Shown here piece after piece: positions 62,254 to 64,000 of a stretch of DNA of 64,000 nucleotides (the stretch's first letter is position 1; each line of letters opens with the position of its first letter). The DNA lies in contig OZ024756.1 of assembly GCA_964016885.1 (NCBI GenBank), positions 13,268,001 to 13,332,000 on the forward strand, given 5' to 3'. This DNA is from Eledone cirrhosa (taxonomy: Eukaryota). The translations under genes and the position numbers were made by a program. Under the pieces are notes generated by a model, which did no database searches, was not told the origin of the DNA, and saw nothing but the letters and a program-made list of their open reading frames with translations.

Positions 62254-62390
62254 GTGATTTCTGAAGACAGCATATATATGTGATGGTATGTATATTCTCT
62301 TTGATAGTTTGTATAATTTTGTACATAGATCTGTTGAATATGCATACCAATTCTAACACATATATGTCCTAGAAACGATCGTTAAATAAT
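62254..62390 (+). ncRNA. Type I hammerhead with a ~100-nt helix II (fold-back-truncated copy at ~53230-53390)
   Basis: GUGAUUU-CUGAAGA-CAGCAUAUAUAUGUG...CACAUAUAUGUCCUA-GAAA-CGAUCG-UU-AAAUAAU. Confidence 0.75.
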
Positions 62391-62447
62391 GAACTTTTTT
62401 TGTTTAATATAAGGAACTGTTTCATTGTTTTATTCATTATTTTTTTA

Positions 62448-62521
<74 letters not shown>

Positions 62522-62549
62522 TGTATGTATGTATATATATACATATATA

Positions 62550-63407
62550 CAGGGTGTGGACGATATTTGTTCACAAGATTACTGTCTAGGAAAAGTAACA
62601 CAGTAGTTTTATTTCTTAAGATATATTTATCAAATTTGGGTCAGTTTGTCGATCGCACTTGATAAACCTGCCATTGGCTTTGATGACGGCCTCAAGGCGG
62701 CCTCGGAACCGGCTACATCCTTCGTCACTGTCCCCCGACTTAGGCCCCTAAAGGCACTTGTGATCCTGGCCTTCAGATCGTCTTTCGTATTGCAGCTAGA
62801 TCTGTTGGTGTCTCATTCCACTGCGCCACACACAAAGAAGTCGAGGGGGTTGCAGTCAGGCGAGCTGGGAGGCCAGATGTCAGGTGAAGTGTGGTCAACG
62901 AAGTTCTCTGACAGCCAGGCTTGGGTCTTTCGACTGGTATGGCAGGGAGCTGAGTCTTGCTGCCACACGTACGACCTACCTGCAGCTACCTGGTCGATCC
63001 AGGGCTTTACTACCTCGCTCAGAACGCGGATGAAGCCATCAGTGTTCAGCTTGAGGCCCTCAGGGAAGAAGTGTGGTGGCATGACGTCACCTTGACTGCT
63101 GACGACACCTAAGACCAAACTTTGTCTGTATGAGTCTGGGCACGTCTTTGGATGAGACAGCGGGCCACCTGTTGTTCTGGAAGTTGATCTTCTGGTCTTA
63201 TTTATCCTCCTGGCGCAGATTCCAAGAAGAACTCCGTGTCTCTTCCACAAATTTGGAGGCTCAAAATTATTCATAATCAATTATTCTGAAAATAAATAAT
63301 GTAAATATAGTCACTGTTTTTATGAAGACAAGAGTGAGAACGGAAGTAAAAAAAATTTACATAAAATTAGCAGTTGAAAATTGCGAACAAATATCATCCG
63401 CACCCTG
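62550..63407 (-). mobile_element. Internally deleted Tc1/mariner-superfamily transposon, DD37D (maT) type
   Basis: TIRs CAGGGTGTGGACGATATTTGTTC / GAACAAATATCATCCGCACCCTG with TA flanks. In WQQDSAPCH...WPPSSPDCNPLD there are 37 residues between the last two Asp. Confidence 0.88.
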
Positions 63408-64000
63408 TATATATGTATGTATATATGTATATATATGTATTCATACATAATACATATATATATATATATACATATATATATATGTATAGTATTTTGCTCT
63501 GATTAATTTATTAATTCTCTATTGAGCGACATCGTGAAAAGTTGCAAAAACACATATATACCTGTGACTTTGTTTAATTGGTGTATGTGTAAATATTTAT
63601 ATATATATATATATATATTTATATCATCATCACCGTTTTACGTCCGTTCTTCCACGCTAGCATGGGTTAGACGGGTTGTCCTGTTGTGGGCAGTGTCTGG
63701 TCGGCTGACCATGCCTTGCTCATACAGGAACTGATCTGGCTTGATTTCTACGGCTGGATGCCCTTCCTAACACCAACCTCATTTACAGTGAGTGCTGGGT
63801 GCTTTTTCGTGGCGCCTACACGTCCACTTTACAGTGTGGGCTGGGTGCTTTTTTTGCCGTGGCACCTCCACGGCCACCTTGCGGTGGAGGGGGGGGGGGG
63901 GGGCATATTGTTTATATGCTTCAGCATGTACCCATGGGAGGTCGGGTACCCTGTATTACTGCGTGACGCCAGAAGTCACGGTCGTGTGTCATTGACTTTG

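Overview
Eukaryotic, repeat-dominated animal DNA. The SINE types, microsatellite load and TE mix suggest an octopus-like cephalopod (inference). The only host gene I can support is a 3-exon prefoldin subunit 2 (PFDN2, minus strand, 46751->39115, 139 aa). The rest is a dense nest of mobile DNA. It includes a near full-length Tx1/L1-clade LINE with an uninterrupted 1147-aa ORF2 sitting in (TATC)n, R4/Dong-type RLE fragments in (TAA)n and (TACA)n, RTE fragments and ~600-bp internally deleted RTE derivatives, two tRNA-SINE families, Merlin/hAT/maT/piggyBac-type DNA elements, a candidate solo LTR and many mini/microsatellites. The most striking unannotated signal is a set of about 17 type I hammerhead-ribozyme motifs read by eye (some degenerate), plus several half-ribozymes. 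They belong to several Penelope-like pseudo-LTR families and are densest at 24.4-28.8 kb. They have short, often palindromic helix III, and 12 copies show a covarying helix II with an invariant C.C mismatch at its 4th pair. They sit in (TA)n tracts, often as inverted pairs, and several fold-back palindromes have their apex inside the ribozyme. All structures were folded by eye, and repeat boundaries are approximate. Most ORFs in the supplied track are microsatellite artefacts.
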